A DNA stretch of 63,985 nucleotides, filler included, from Octopus bimaculoides (GCF_001194135.2; 5 parts of 5 records of this genome joined end to end with filler, not necessarily neighbours in it), one strand, 5' to 3'. Numbered from the whole stretch's first letter, positions 38,037 through 51,989 are shown. Program-made: numbers and translations. Notes: a model not told the origin generated them from the letters alone.

Positions 38037-39516
38037 NNNNNNNNNNNNNNNNNNNNNNNNNNNNNNNNNNNNNNNNNNNNNNNNNNNNNNNNNNNNNNNN
38101 NNNNNNNNNNNNNNNNNNNNNNNNNNNNNNNNNNNNNNNNNNNNNNNNNNNNNNNNNNNNNNNNNNNNNNNNNNNNNNNNNNNNNNNNNNNNNNNNNNNN
38201 NNNNNNNNNNNNNNNNNNNNNNNNNNNNNNNNNNNNNNNNNNNNNNNNNNNNNNNNNNNNNNNNNNNNNNNNNNNNNNNNNNNNNNNNNNNNNNNNNNNN
38301 NNNNNNNNNNNNNNNNNNNNNNNNNNNNNNNNNNNNNNNNNNNNNNNNNNNNNNNNNNNNNNNNNNNNNNNNNNNNNNNNNNNNNNNNNNNNNNNNNNNN
38401 NNNNNNNNNNNNNNNNNNNNNNNNNNNNNNNNNNNNNNNNNNNNNNNNNNNNNNNNNNNNNNNNNNNNNNNNNNNNNNNNNNNNNNNNNNNNNNNNNNNN
38501 NNNNNNNNNNNNNNNNNNNNNNNNNNNNNNNNNNNNNNNNNNNNNNNNNNNNNNNNNNNNNNNNNNNNNNNNNNNNNNNNNNNNNNNNNNNNNNNNNNNN
38601 NNNNNNNNNNNNNNNNNNNNNNNNNNNNNNNNNNNNNNNNNNNNNNNNNNNNNNNNNNNNNNNNNNNNNNNNNNNNNNNNNNNNNNNNNNNNNNNNNNNN
38701 NNNNNNNNNNNNNNNNNNNNNNNNNNNNNNNNNNNNNNNNNNNNNNNNNNNNNNNNNNNNNNNNNNNNNNNNNNNNNNNNNNNNNNNNNNNNNNNNNNNN
38801 NNNNNNNNNNNNNNNNNNNNNNNNNNNNNNNNNNNNNNNNNNNNNNNNNNNNNNNNNNNNNNNNNNNNNNNNNNNNNNNNNNNNNNNNNNNNNNNNNNNN
38901 NNNNNNNNNNNNNNNNNNNNNNNNNNNNNNNNNNNNNNNNNNNNNNNNNNNNNNNNNNNNNNNNNNNNNNNNNNNNNNNNNNNNNNNNNNNNNNNNNNNN
39001 NNNNNNNNNNNNNAGCGACAGCATAAATTGAACCGCTTCAAACTGATTATTAATTAAATGGAATATGTAGGTAGGAGTAATGTAAGGTGTGAAATATAAC
39101 GACTAAAACAGATGTAGATATACTGATAAATAAATTTAAAGGTATTTTCATATATAACCGGCTTCCGTCTCTTCATGTTATATACGCTCGTTTCTGAAAT
39201 ATTTCTAGCGATCGTTTGCGTTTTGTGATGTTGTTTGTTGTTCTTGCTTTCGTTTTTTCTTTTCCTTTTCGTTTTTTTTTTTTTTTTTTACTCATCTTTG
39301 GACGTCGTCGACAAATGCCATCATGCAGTCCATAGAACTACTGCTGTCTCTTTTGCTGCCACAGATTCTACTGCTGCTGCTGCTGCTGTTGCTGCTGTTA
39401 CCGCTGCAGTTGCCGCTGCTGCTTCTCTAACTTCGACTTGCGCTATTATAGTAAGAATCGTTTCGCCGTTCAATCGCCTCCACCACCATCACTAACATCG
39501 TTGCAATTTTCATTAT

Positions 39517-39585
<69 letters not shown>

Positions 39586-40127
39586 GTTTACTGTTACTAC
39601 TACTACTACACATCATCGTATTGATTTTAATCCCAAAAATTCCTGTGACTGATATCGTTACAACGACTACCACCACCGCCTCCATAACAAGTACCAACTC
39701 CACAACCACTACCAACTTCGCTAGGTACTTCTTTCTTTTATAAATGTAAATCAGTGATTCTGTGACCGGCAATATCTAAAAAGGAAAAAAAATTAATAAT
39801 AAATAGTAATAATATAAATAATATTGAATAATATAGAATAATAAGATAGAGCTTGAAATAAGACACAATGTCCCGTAGGTAAAAATTGATGGATAGAATG
39901 ATATATTGGTTTCGGTAGATAGGTATAGATAAATAGATAACGAAAAGAGATTTAGTGGAAAGGAAGAGTTTGGTTCTGTGACAGACGGTACTTAACAGCT
40001 TTTCTCGCTGTTGCTTTCACAAAACAAGCAAACATTTCGGAACTTCTTAACTTCAACAAAACTACTTTTTTTTTTGCGAGGAATAAAACACAAAAGTGAC
40101 TTCAAGGAAAAAGGTTAAAAAAAAAAG

Positions 40128-40170
<43 letters not shown>

Positions 40171-41196
40171 CTTTCTTACTAAAGAACAACAACAACAACA
40201 AAATTTACAGAAATAGGAATAGCCTAAGAATGCAGGTAAGATTTTTTAAAATTTCCTATTTTCATTTCGAATACTTGGTTATCTTTATAAATATTTAAAT
40301 ATTTACTTTTTGGCATGAGAGAAAAAAGATAAGAACTGCTGTTANNNNNNNNNNNNNNNNNNNNNNNNNNNNNNNNNNNNNNNNNNNNNNNNNNNNNNNN
40401 NNNNNNNNNNNNNNNNNNNNNNNNNNNNNNNNNNNNNNNNNNNNNNNNNNNNNNNNNNNNNNNNNNNNNNNNNNNNNNNNNNNNNNNNNNNNNNNNNNNN
40501 NNNNNNNNNNNNNNNNNNNNNNNNNNNNNNNNNNNNNNNNNNNNNNNNNNNNNNNNNNNNNNNNNNNNNNNNNNNNNNNNNNNNNNNNNNNNNNNNNNNN
40601 NNNNNNNNNNNNNNNNNNNNNNNNNNNNNNNNNNNNNNNNNNNNNNNNNNNNNNNNNNNNNNNNNNNNNNNNNNNNNNNNNNNNNNNNNNNNNNNNNNNN
40701 NNNNNNNNNNNNNNNNNNNNNNNNNNNNNNNNNNNNNNNNNNNNNNNNNNNNNNNNNNNNNNNNNNNNNNNNNNNNNNNNNNNNNNNNNNNNNNNNNNNN
40801 NNNNNNNNNNNNNNNNNNNNNNNNNNNNNNNNNNNGGGGGGGTGATTTGATGAGTTATAAAAAAATGGTACATGGAATATTGTTTGCCAGACGTGTAAAT
40901 GATTGATGTCGACGTGTGGCATTCATACCTTTCCGAAATGAGTAACATACTTAGATAAAGTGAAAGTATGCTATTATAACCCTAACGAAATGTGCTGGTC
41001 ACTATACCTACGCGTGTGAGATGGTACCGGTGGATTGTGTGGTCATGTGCTTACTTGTTAATGTGTGGTCATGTGTGTATGTACATAGCAAATATCTTTC
41101 TTTATGCATGATGCTAAAGCGATTCTGAACAATTGCTATGTAATCATGCGCGTGTGTCAGCACGCATATAATATCATAGAGCTACTATATGTGCAT

Positions 41197-41283
<87 letters not shown>

Positions 41284-42084
41284 TATATATTTATATACTC
41301 AAAGACAACCACCCCCACACTGAATCGAATATATGTATATATGTGTGTATATATATGTGTATATACATATACATATACTTATGCACATATAATGCCTTCT
41401 GCATGTAATATGCAAGCACACACGCTCATAAATATATGCATATGTATATATATATATGTGTGTGCATGTAAGGATTTATTTTTTGTAATGAGATAAAAAA
41501 AACCAAGGTTGTGTGCATGTAGAACAGTTATAAATAGAAGGTCTTATATATATATAGATATATATACACACACATAAATAGATATATGTACACACACATA
41601 TATATATGCCTCTATATGACAATTCAAATGATACACAAATGTACATTTATATACTAATACATTAAGACATAAAGACATATATATGTATGTATGTATACAT
41701 AAATACATCTATAAGTATATATATACGTGTTTGTGTATATATATATATATANNNNNNNNNNNNNNNNNNNNNNNNNNNNNNNNNNNNNNNNNNNNNNNNN
41801 NNNNNNNNNNNNNNNNNNNNNNNNNNNNNNNNNNNNNNNNNNNNNNNNNNNNNNNNNNNNNNNNNNNNNNNNNNNNNNNNNNNNNNNNNNNNNNNNNNNN
41901 NNNNNNNNNNNNNNNNNNNNNNNNNNNNNNNNNNNNNNNNNNNNNNNNNNNNNNNNNNNNNNNNNNNNNNNNNNNNNNNNNNNNNNNNNNNNNNNNNNNN
42001 NNNNNNNNNNNNNNNNNNNNNNNNNNNNNNNNNNNNNNNNNNNNNNNNNNNNNNNNNNNNNNNNNNNNNNNNNNNNNNNNNNNN

Positions 42085-42150
<66 letters not shown>

Positions 42151-42770
42151 TACAGACGTACGTACATACATAAATATATACTATGTATGTATGTATGTAT
42201 GTACGTATTGCTGTATGCATGCGTGAATGCATGAATGTATTTTCATATGTATATACGGGGAAACATACAAGTATATTTGTATAGATAGGTAGAAAGATAG
42301 TTACATACAAAAGCAATTTAACATTAAACAGAAAGACGACTCAATACTCTTTAGTAAAATACATTTTTATTAAACTTTTACAAGAATTAGAGTGAAGTAA
42401 TATTGAAGTTTCAATCGAAGTTTCGTCAGATCCTCTGACGAAGACTAGCAAGCCGAAACTACGAAGTCAATGTCGCACTTCATCTTGTAAAAGTTTTACA
42501 TGGATATATGTGCATAGAGAGACAGACAGAGAGGAAGACAGGATGAGAGACGGAGATAGATACGGAGATATAGTGAAATAAGGAGGAGAAAGAGTACTGC
42601 ATACATAGGAGTAATAATTGGCTGAAAGGTTATGCAACTAACATAGTAACCAAGGGTTTCATGTATGGCAATTATATAGTCTTTTGTATAGAGTTCGTTT
42701 TCTCACGTGTGTTCCAGCAAATCCGTTTAGGTTACAAACTTGAGCCTTGCAACCCACTAGGGAACACACA

Positions 42771-42819
<49 letters not shown>

Positions 42820-42951
42820 ACACATATATGCATACATACATGCATATATATACGCATACGCATACGCATACACATATAAAATATATATACACACACATTC
42901 GTACCTTCACAGATACGCCCACATACACGCACACACACACACGGATACACA

Positions 42952-44168
42952 CGAGGGTCGGAGGAAAAATTAATAGGCTGACAACGATACTCTCATAAAA
43001 AATGATCAAATGAGGTTTATTTTTCAACACTGTACCTCTTGCTGCTCACACACTCATGCAATCGGTGTTGCAGTATTTGGATTCCATCGGTGAAGTGGCT
43101 TTCATCCTGTTACTCAAAAAAGTCATCATATATGACTACTTCATCACAATGATACTGCTTCTCAGCCATGTGGGGGTTTTTTATGTTGGGGAACAAATGG
43201 TAGTCAGATGGGTCCAAATAATGAGAATAAGGATGGTGATCAACCAGTTCAAAAACACAGTCACACACAGCGGCCATTGAAACCAAGGACTTCTTTCCTG
43301 GAGCACTGTTCTGGTAGAACAAGGCTCCTTTCGACAGTTTTCCTAAGCGTTTGGTCTTGATAGCCTTTTGTAACTACCTCAGCAAGTTGGTATGGTACTT
43401 TTGAAAAGAGAATATAAACCACAATGTATTTTGCATCCCATAAAACTGAAGCTATCACCTTCCTTACAGATGAAATGACCTTGCCCTCTTTTGCAGCGGT
43501 TGAGGAGGGGATGTTTCCACTGCATAAATTGTCTCTTTGTCTGTGGATCAAAGTGGAGAAACCAACACTCATCCCGGATTATGAAACGTTTAAGAAAACC
43601 AGCTGGATCTACTTCAAACAATATTAAATTTTCCCGTTATGTGATCAGCCTGGTGATCAATTGTCAGAAGACATAGCACCCACCGAGCAGAAAATCCGTC
43701 ATGTCAAGTTCATCTTGCAGAATATTCTCACCTCTCTCACGGGATATGCTAATAGCTTTGGCTATTTGATTTATAGTCAATCGCCAGTTTTCAATCGTGG
43801 TGAACACAGTCAATGTTTCCTTTGGTGGTGGCAGTTGTAGGACGTCCAGACTTTGGATGATTTTCAAGACTCTCCCTTCCCCTCCGAAATTCGGCTGCTC
43901 ACTGTTGCACTGTTAATAAAACTGGAGTGCTATCCTCTAATGTAAACCCATTCTAGTCAGCATGAATGTCCTTTGAAGCTAAACCGTTTTTCTGCAAGTA
44001 CTTAATAATACCATGGTGCCAAACTTTGTGCATTTTCAAGAGAAGTCGCTACTAGTTACTTTTTAAGCCTTCTTTGAACGGTCAGATGTCAGTTTATCTG
44101 TGGCAAAAAGACAATGCCGATATTATTACGAAGTTTAAATTAACTCATACATGATTTCACAGCCCTTG
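42952..44168 (-). mobile_element. Near full-length decayed mariner (DD34D-type transposase pseudogene)
   Basis: Fragments in order: WRLTINQIAKAISIS, ECWFLHFDPQTKRQFMQWKHP, RKVIASVLWDAK, HPYSHYLDPSDYHLFPNIK; left end CGAGGG shares subterminal sequence with the 29134 copy. The right end is weak. Confidence 0.8.
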
Positions 44169-44231
44169 TATAACTCCTTCAGAGTCAGCCTATGAACTTA
44201 GTGCATGCGTGCGTATGTATATATGTGTGTG

Positions 44232-44321
<90 letters not shown>

Positions 44322-47300
44322 GAACTTGGTTCTTCCGATCGAGCGAGAGAAACTTGGTCACAATTCCTACCAGAAGTGTTTCTTTGCTAACAGCATTAAA
44401 TGTGTTCTTAAAATGCGTCAAGCCGGAACTAATAATGCTGTTCAACATTCTAACAGTATTACCAGTCCACTGCGCTCGACTGCATTTGAACCTAGATATG
44501 CAAGATGTCGACACGGATACCAGGATACATTTTTTTCTATCCATTTTGCGACTGTCAATTCGCCCACACTTAAGCAGACTGACATACCCACGCACACACA
44601 CACATACACACATACATACATACATACATACATACGCATATATCCCTACCATTCGACCTGCATACCTGTATTTAATATAGTGTATGTGCGGGCGTGTTTA
44701 CATAAATGTATATATATATGTGTGTATATAGTGATAGAAAAGGTAAGACAACAAAAGAAAGAAAGAGACCTTGATATGTAAATAGAGGAATTTATCTGTA
44801 AATAATATGTGACAATTATTCGGTAGCCATGATAAAACTCCAAGTCTCCGCCCCGTCATTCGAAAATCGAAGTTTTATCATGGCTACCGAATAATTGTCA
44901 CATATTATTGACAGATATATATATANNNNNNNNNNNNNNNNNNNNNNNNNNNNNNNNNNNNNNNNNNNNNNNNNNNNNNNNNNNNNNNNNNNNNNNNNNN
45001 NNNNNNNNNNNNNNNNNNNNNNNNNNNNNNNNNNNNNNNNNNNNNNNNNNNNNNNNNNNNNNNNNNNNNNNNNNNNNNNNNNNNNNNNNNNNNNNNNNNN
45101 NNNNNNNNNNNNNNNNNNNNNNNNNNNNNNNNNNNNNNNNNNNNNNNNNNNNNNNNNNNNNNNNNNNNNNNNNNNNNNNNNNNNNNNNNNNNNNNNNNNN
45201 NNNNNNNNNNNNNNNNNNNNNNNNNNNNNNNNNNNNNNNNNNNNNNNNNNNNNNNNNNNNNNNNNNNNNNNNNNNNNNNNNNNNNNNNNNNNNNNNNNNN
45301 NNNNNNNNNNNNNNNNNNNNNNNNNNNNNNNNNNNNNNNNNNNNNNNNNNNNNNNNNNNNNNNNNNNNNNNNNNNNNNNNNNNNNNNNNNNNNNNNNNNN
45401 NNNNNNNNNNNNNNNNNNNNNNNNNNNNNNNNNNNNNNNNNNNNNNNNNNNNNNNNNNNNNNNNNNNNNNNNNNNNNNNNNNNNNNNNNNNNNNNNNNNN
45501 NNNNNNNNNNNNNNNNNNNNNNNNNNNNNNNNNNNNNNNNNNNNNNNNNNNNNNNNNNNNNNNNNNNNNNNNNNNNNNNNNNNNNNNNNNNNNNNNNNNN
45601 NNNNNNNNNNNNNNNNNNNNNNNNNNNNNNNNNNNNNNNNNNNNNNNNNNNNNNNNNNNNNNNNNNNNNNNNNNNNNNNNNNNNNNNNNNNNNNNNNNNN
45701 NNNNNNNNNNNNNNNNNNNNNNNNNNNNNNNNNNNNNNNNNNNNNNNTATATATATATATAAATATTGTCTGTGTGTGTGTAATAAATATTGTGCATGTA
45801 TATATATATATATATATGTATACAATATATATTGTATATATGGTAGCCCAAAAGTTAACCTTTTCTTAGAATTCCATATGAATTCATATATTTCGTTATT
45901 AATCAGGTACATATATATGTGCATGTGTCTGCGTATGTGTGTGTTTGGGTGTGGTGTGTGTGTGTGTGTGTGTTCTAGTCTGCGTGCGCGCGTGTGTGTA
46001 TGTAATCAATATTTTATAGTGTCTGCGAGGGAGAATTCGTAGAACCATTCGAGGTCAGTGGATATGCTTTAAGATTTTGAAATAATTGATGAAACTGTTT
46101 ACATTCTCTGTTCAAATCTTGAGAATGTCAGGCATGTCTTTCCTACTGAAGAGGTCGATAAATAAAAATACTGGGGCCGAGTTAACCAGCTAACACCTTC
46201 CCATATTTCAGGCTTTGAATTTCTCTTAATAACAATTATTTTATACTGCTTTCTTAGAATTGAGGGCCGTAGAGTAACAAAGCAGTAAATTGCCAAACTA
46301 TATAATTTACAGTTTGTCTTTTATCTCACTACGTTTCCCCCTTATACTTTAGTTTGTATCCCATGTTCGTCTGTTTTCCTTTTATGTGCCAGTACCAATA
46401 CACACCAATTAGGAACTGTGGATCTTGTTCAAAACGGGGGCACCAGTTTTCATTAATGTTTTATGTAGTGTTTTTTCAAACTTCGTATACTTATCTATTT
46501 TGTGTTATAGAACAGAAAAAAATTTTTGTATTCGAATTTATTTCATGTAAAAAATTGTCTTATTTCGATAATTTCAACCAATCACTGACAAGTATTCAGC
46601 TGTTTATACTTACTCCTTTGGCAGTTTAAGCGGTGTAAAGCGTATTTAATCTCCATTTAAAATTTCGTTAACATCTGCCTGAACTGTATGTGTACAACAT
46701 TTGCTTTTTTCATTTTCTTTCACGCGTGTTTATTTCGTTAACATCTGCCTGAACTGTATGAAAGGTTTATNNNNNNNNNNNNNNNNNNNNNNNNNNNNNN
46801 NNNNNNNNNNNNNNNNNNNNNNNNNNNNNNNNNNNNNNNNNNNNNNNNNNNNNNNNNNNNNNNNNNNNNNNNNNNNNNNNNNNNNNNNNNNNNNNNNNNN
46901 NNNNNNNNNNNNNNNNNNNNNNNNNNNNNNNNNNNNNNNNNNNNNNNNNNNNNNNNNNNNNNNNNNNNNNNNNNNNNNNNNNNNNNNNNNNNNNNNNNNN
47001 NNNNNNNNNNNNNNNNNNNNNNNNNNNNNNNNNNNNNNNNNNNNNNNNNNNNNNNNNNNNNNNNNNNNNNNNNNNNNNNNNNNNNNNNNNNNNNNNNNNN
47101 NNNNNNNNNNNNNNNNNNNNNNNNNNNNNNNNNNNNNNNNNNNNNNNNNNNNNNNNNNNNNNNNNNNNNNNNNNNNNNNNNNNNNNNNNNNNNNNNNNNN
47201 NNNNNNNNNNNNNNNNNNNNNNNNNNNNNNNNNNNNNNNNNNNNNNNNNNNNNNNNNNNNNNNNNNNNNNNNNTTCTACCAGTGTCCCAAGTTTCAAAGT

Positions 47301-47922
47301 GTTTCGTTAAGAAAATACTGGTGCTCCCGTTTTGAACAAGATCTGAAACTGTTATCGATTCAACAAACTATTTGTGATGCATCGAGGAAAAGTGTGGATT
47401 ACGGAATTGTGTTTGACATTTTTTTTAGATTAGGTTAGAGTTATCTGTGTAAAATAAATGTTTTATCTTCGGGAGAATGAAAAATGTATATCTTTTCAGT
47501 TGAAAAGTATGTTGCTCTTCTGAAGAAAAGATATCTGCGAGTACTGAGACACGCAATTACCTATATTAACAGAATGATAACCAGATACATTATACATGCG
47601 TGTGTATGCGCGCGCACGTGTGTGTTCATATATATATATATATACATACATAAATGCACACATGCATATTGTTGTTGTTGGCACTCCGTCGCTTACGACG
47701 TCGAGGGTTCCAGTTGATACGATCAACAGAACAGCCTGCTCGTGAAATTAACGTGCAAGTGGCTGAGCACTCCACAGACACGTGTACCCTTAATGTAGTT
47801 CTCGGGGATATTCAGCGTGACACAGTGTGACAAGGCTGGCCCTTCGAATTACAGGCACAAAAGAAACAGAAAGTAAGAGTGAGAGAAAGTCGTGGCGAAA
47901 GAGTACAGCAGGGTTCACCACA

Positions 47923-48022
47923 NNNNNNNNNNNNNNNNNNNNNNNNNNNNNNNNNNNNNNNNNNNNTTAATTAATTAANNNNNNNNNNNNNNNNNNNNNN
48001 NNNNNNNNNNNNNNNNNNNNNN
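47923..48022. other. Artificial scaffold-joining spacer
   Basis: Identical 100-bp structure. Confidence 0.97.
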
Positions 48023-48246
48023 TATATATATGTGTGTGTGTATGTGTGTTTGTCCCCCCCCACCATCGCTTGACAACCGATGCTGGTGTGTTTACGTCCC
48101 CATAACTTAGCGGTTCGGCAAAAAGGGACCGATAGAATAAGTACTAGGCTTACAAAGAATAAGTTCTGGGGTCGAGTAGCACGACTAAAGGCGGTGCTCC
48201 AGCATGGCCGCAGTCAAATGACTGAAACAAGTAAGTAAAAGAGTAA

Positions 48247-48363
48247 CACGTGATACAAGCGGAGGCGGAAGTGTGAGAATACCCCGCACCGTCACATTTA
48301 ATTTCTGCTAATGTTAAAGGTGATCGCTTCAGAACGTAATCGAAGGCGGACGAGTCTCTACAG
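48247..48363 (+). promoter_or_regulatory. Candidate promoter and non-coding first exon of the 15-finger ZNF gene
   Basis: CACGTG E-box (48247), ETS-like GGCGGAAGTG (48264), locally CpG-richer sequence, CAG|GTAACA donor at 48364 and a tttatttacag acceptor at 49556. Motif-level evidence only. Confidence 0.3.
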
Positions 48364-48891
48364 GTAACAGAGTTGACTACAGCTACTCAAAGGAAGGATT
48401 TGTAGTGTCTCCTCTAGGAGAAGCTATTTTTGCCTAAACTTTGTTGCCATAAGCCAAAAATAATATTCTGCGACGTCCAGATTTGAAAACATGCTTCATT
48501 AGAATTCCTCAAATACACACATTAGCTACCTCTCGTACAGTTGTAGAGTTTCTCCATACGCACAACAATACACTGTGAGCCGCTGAGAAAGAAGCCTCCG
48601 CGTGGTTTTTCGATCTGCTAGAAATGGCAGCTAAGTATCTTCAAGTCATACCCTGCAATCTTAATGAAAGCACATTGGATAAAGTAAAAATTGGGAAAAA
48701 CATGGAATGGTAAAAAAAAAATGGGTAAACAAGATCTTTAATCATGGGTCTACTCGGTCAGGCTTGACCTTGTATCTAAACAACCTTAGATACTTCTGTT
48801 ACCACTATCCGAAATTTATATATATGATTGACCGTTGACTGAACACTATTCAATTATTTTTTTCTCCGTGTTTTTCTCCTTGTCTCCGTAT

Positions 48892-48928
48892 TCTTTCTGT
48901 TGAAGAGCGTAGCTCGAAACGTCAAAGA
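48892..48928 (+). ncRNA. Hammerhead motif of the same family with the core mutated (A6>U), probably inactive
   Basis: UCUUU-CUGUUGA-A-GAGC(GUA)GCUC-GAAA-CGU-C-AAAGA; about 80 nt downstream is homologous to the 35.8 kb copy and both end at (TA)n. Confidence 0.55.
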
Positions 48929-49019
48929 CTTTCCGTATTCCCGAGCGTCATACTAATATATACTTTTGTTATTTACACCACCTGTCCTCGTCTGTTGTTA
49001 TTATTTGTATATTCTCCCT

Positions 49020-49052
<33 letters not shown>

Positions 49053-50051
49053 GGCTGGGCTTTCAATATACAGAACAGCCAACTGAACATATGCAGTGAT
49101 CTCCCCTGTCAGCATCAGCTGTGACTGTTCAATAATCGATTTTACACAAGCAATTTTAAGTTTGATCAGATTTCAACGCATTTTAAGCAGTATAGTCAGA
49201 TTTTCTGTCCTCCAGATTGTTTTGCTTTTTGTTACTTTGTCATAATAGATACGAAAAAAATATGGCTCTAATTCAGTTCAGTTCGAAGTTATTAAATAAT
49301 AATAACTATACGCCCATAACTAAATCATTGTTATTTCATTTTATTACGTTTAAAGACTAGTTTTTTAAAAAACTTTTTAATTTCATTATATTATGTAAAA
49401 AGATGGGCTGTCCTTAATATTTCATGGTATTCCAAACAAGGAAACTGAACCACATATGTACTTTTAAAATTCCCTCGTTGTGGAACTCTAATACAGAACA
49501 AATATTATGCATGGTTAATTATAACGTGTTTTTCACATTTTAATATTTATTTACAGAGACATTGAAAGTGAAGCATACAATGCGAAATTTAAGCTTGTTT
49601 AGTATCTGCATTTTGTACCATTATTTACGATTTATATCAGTGTAATGGCTCTCCTAAATTTTAGTACCTGTCTCCAACATTTTGAACAGATATTGTCAAT
49701 GAATGAAGTGAATGTCCTATGTGGGGAATCTGTGTTCAAGCAAAAGTACCCAAATATTTTGTGATTTTGGAGATGTCCTTCGTCCGTAATATTTATATAA
49801 ACACACTTTACGATAGTTCACTATGATTATGAAGTTAATATTATATCTTTTGCTGGTGATAATCGATTAAAATAGGTAGAAGACTATTCAGTTTGAAGAA
49901 ACGTCATTTTGCTGTGGAATTGACGAGGAAATCAGATTCGATTTTTAAAAAAAAGAAAAATGTAATCTTGTAGTCCACAAATGTGTAAATGCTAGAAAGA
50001 AAAAACTCTGAAATTTAAAGGAAATCTACTGTCAACATTTGAGATTTAGAG

Positions 50052-51338
50052 ATGCACAAGGGAATAAATGCTGGAGAAGAGCGTTTTCACTGCGAAACAT
50101 GTGGAAGATCATTTAGTGATAATTGTGGTTTAAAGACACATAACAGAAGACATACGGGTGAAAAACCCTATCACTGTGATATTTGTGGGAAGTCGTTTGT
50201 CACTACTGGGGATTTAAGAAAGCACAAAAGAATACACACTGGAGAAAAACCTTATCGTTGTGAAATTTGTGGGAAGGCTTTCAGTTATAATAATAGTTTA
50301 AGATCACACAAGAAGACACACACAGGGGAAAAACCATATCACTGTGAAATTTGTGGTAAATCTTTCAGTCATAATAGTGATTTAAAAACCCACAAAATAA
50401 GACACACAGGGGAAAAAGCATATTCCTGTGATACTTGTGGGAAATCTTTTGTAACTGTTGGGGATTTGAGTAAACACAAAAGAACACATACCGGAAAAAA
50501 ACCATTTCATTGTGGAATATGTAGTAAGTCGTTCGTCTGCAACAGTGGTTTAAAACGACACAAACAAATACATACTGGAGAGAAGCCCTTTCACTGTGAG
50601 ATATGTGGGAAAACTTTCAATGATAATACTTGTTTAAAAGCCCACAAGACTATACACACTGGAGAAAAACCTTTTCGTTGTGAGTTATGTGGAAAGTGTT
50701 TCAGCCATTACAGTAATTTGAAAACACACGAAATGATACATACTGGAGAGAAACACTTTCACTGTGAAATATGTGCAAAATCGTTCAGGAATAATGGAAG
50801 TCTAAAAAAACATAAAACTATACACACTGGAGAAAAGCCATTTCGCTGTGAAATTTGTGGGAAGTCTTTTAGAGAGAACAGTTGTTTAAAGACCCACATA
50901 AGGATACACACTGGAGAAAAACCATATCACTGTGGGATATGTGGGAACTGTTTTAGCGATAACAGTAGTTTAAATTCACACAAAAGAACGCATAGTGGAG
51001 AGAAACCGTTTCAATGTGAGATATGCGGCAAGTCTTTTCTTCGAAGTAATCATTTAAAAATACATGTGAGAACGCACACTGGAGAAAAACCATTTCACTG
51101 TGAAATATGTGGGAGAGCTTTTGCCTTGAAGACTTTACTTGTAGCCCACACACGTGTCCATACAGGAGAAAAGCCATATTATTGTGAAATATGTGGAAAA
51201 TCTTTCTCTGGAAATTCTACTGTGATTGTACATAGACGACTACACACGGGAGAAAAGCCATATCAGTGTGAGACATGTGGCAAATCTTTCAGTGCCAGTT
51301 CTAATCTTGTAAGCCATAAAAAAATACACAGGCTTTAA
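50052..51338 (+). CDS. C2H2 zinc-finger protein, 15 tandem fingers, 428 aa, single coding exon
   Basis: 15 CxxC-12-HxxxH repeats with TGEKPY/F-type linkers, uninterrupted; no effector domain visible. Confidence 0.92.
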   Translation: MHKGINAGEERFHCETCGRSFSDNCGLKTHNRRHTGEKPYHCDICGKSFVTTGDLRKHKRIHTGEKPYRCEICGKAFSYNNSLRSHKKTHTGEKPYHCEICGKSFSHNSDLKTHKIRHTGEKAYSCDTCGKSFVTVGDLSKHKRTHTGKKPFHCGICSKSFVCNSGLKRHKQIHTGEKPFHCEICGKTFNDNTCLKAHKTIHTGEKPFRCELCGKCFSHYSNLKTHEMIHTGEKHFHCEICAKSFRNNGSLKKHKTIHTGEKPFRCEICGKSFRENSCLKTHIRIHTGEKPYHCGICGNCFSDNSSLNSHKRTHSGEKPFQCEICGKSFLRSNHLKIHVRTHTGEKPFHCEICGRAFALKTLLVAHTRVHTGEKPYYCEICGKSFSGNSTVIVHRRLHTGEKPYQCETCGKSFSASSNLVSHKKIHRL

Positions 51339-51588
51339 AGAGAAATAATTGTCATAGAATTTTGTTTAGTAATAGAGACAGATATATATATAATGCAAAT
51401 TGATATTGTCACTTCTATAATTGTGAACAATTGTTCATACAAAGATTTGATATTAATCATATGTGAAAAGATCATTGATTAAACTTGGTTTAATGTATAC
51501 TGTTGATGAATATTACTTCATAGTAGTCATATTGACCATTTAAAACATACACACACATATATATAGATGCTTTTCCATTATTTGTTGT

Positions 51589-51958
51589 GGAGGCGCAATG
51601 GCCCAGTGGTCAGGGCAGCGGACTCGCGGTTTCAATTCCCAGACTGGACGTTGTGAGTGTTTACTGAGCGAAAACACCTAAATCTCCACGAGGCTCCGGC
51701 AGGGGATGGTGGCGAACCCTGCTGTACTCTTCCACCACAACTTTCTCTCACTCTTATTTCCTGTTTCTGTTGTGCCTGTAATTCAAAGGGTCAGCCTTGT
51801 CACACTGTTACGCTGAATACCCCCCCAAGAACTACATTAAGGGTACACGTGTCTGTGGAGTGCTCAGCCACTTGCACGTTAAATCCACGAGCAGGCTGTT
51901 CCGTTGATCGGATCAACTGGAACCCTCAACGTCGTAAGCGACGGAGTGCCAACAACAA
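51589..51958 (+). mobile_element. tRNA-derived SINE family 4 (CAA tail)
   Basis: Head GGAGGCGCAATGGCCCAGTGG; homologous minus-strand copy at 47668-47922 and a head fragment at about 3668-3744. Confidence 0.8.
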
Positions 51959-51989
51959 GTGCCATTATTTGTAACATTAGTATGTATTG

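Noticed and set aside
42435-42466. CTGACGA...GAAAC hammerhead-like motif
   Set aside because: Stem II is mismatched and no stem III or stem I can be formed; at most a decayed Penelope-type end.
44320-44552. 76-codon minus-strand ORF MDRKKCILVSV... in unique sequence
   Set aside because: No recognisable domain, it runs into a microsatellite, and there are no supporting exons; cannot be called without expression data.
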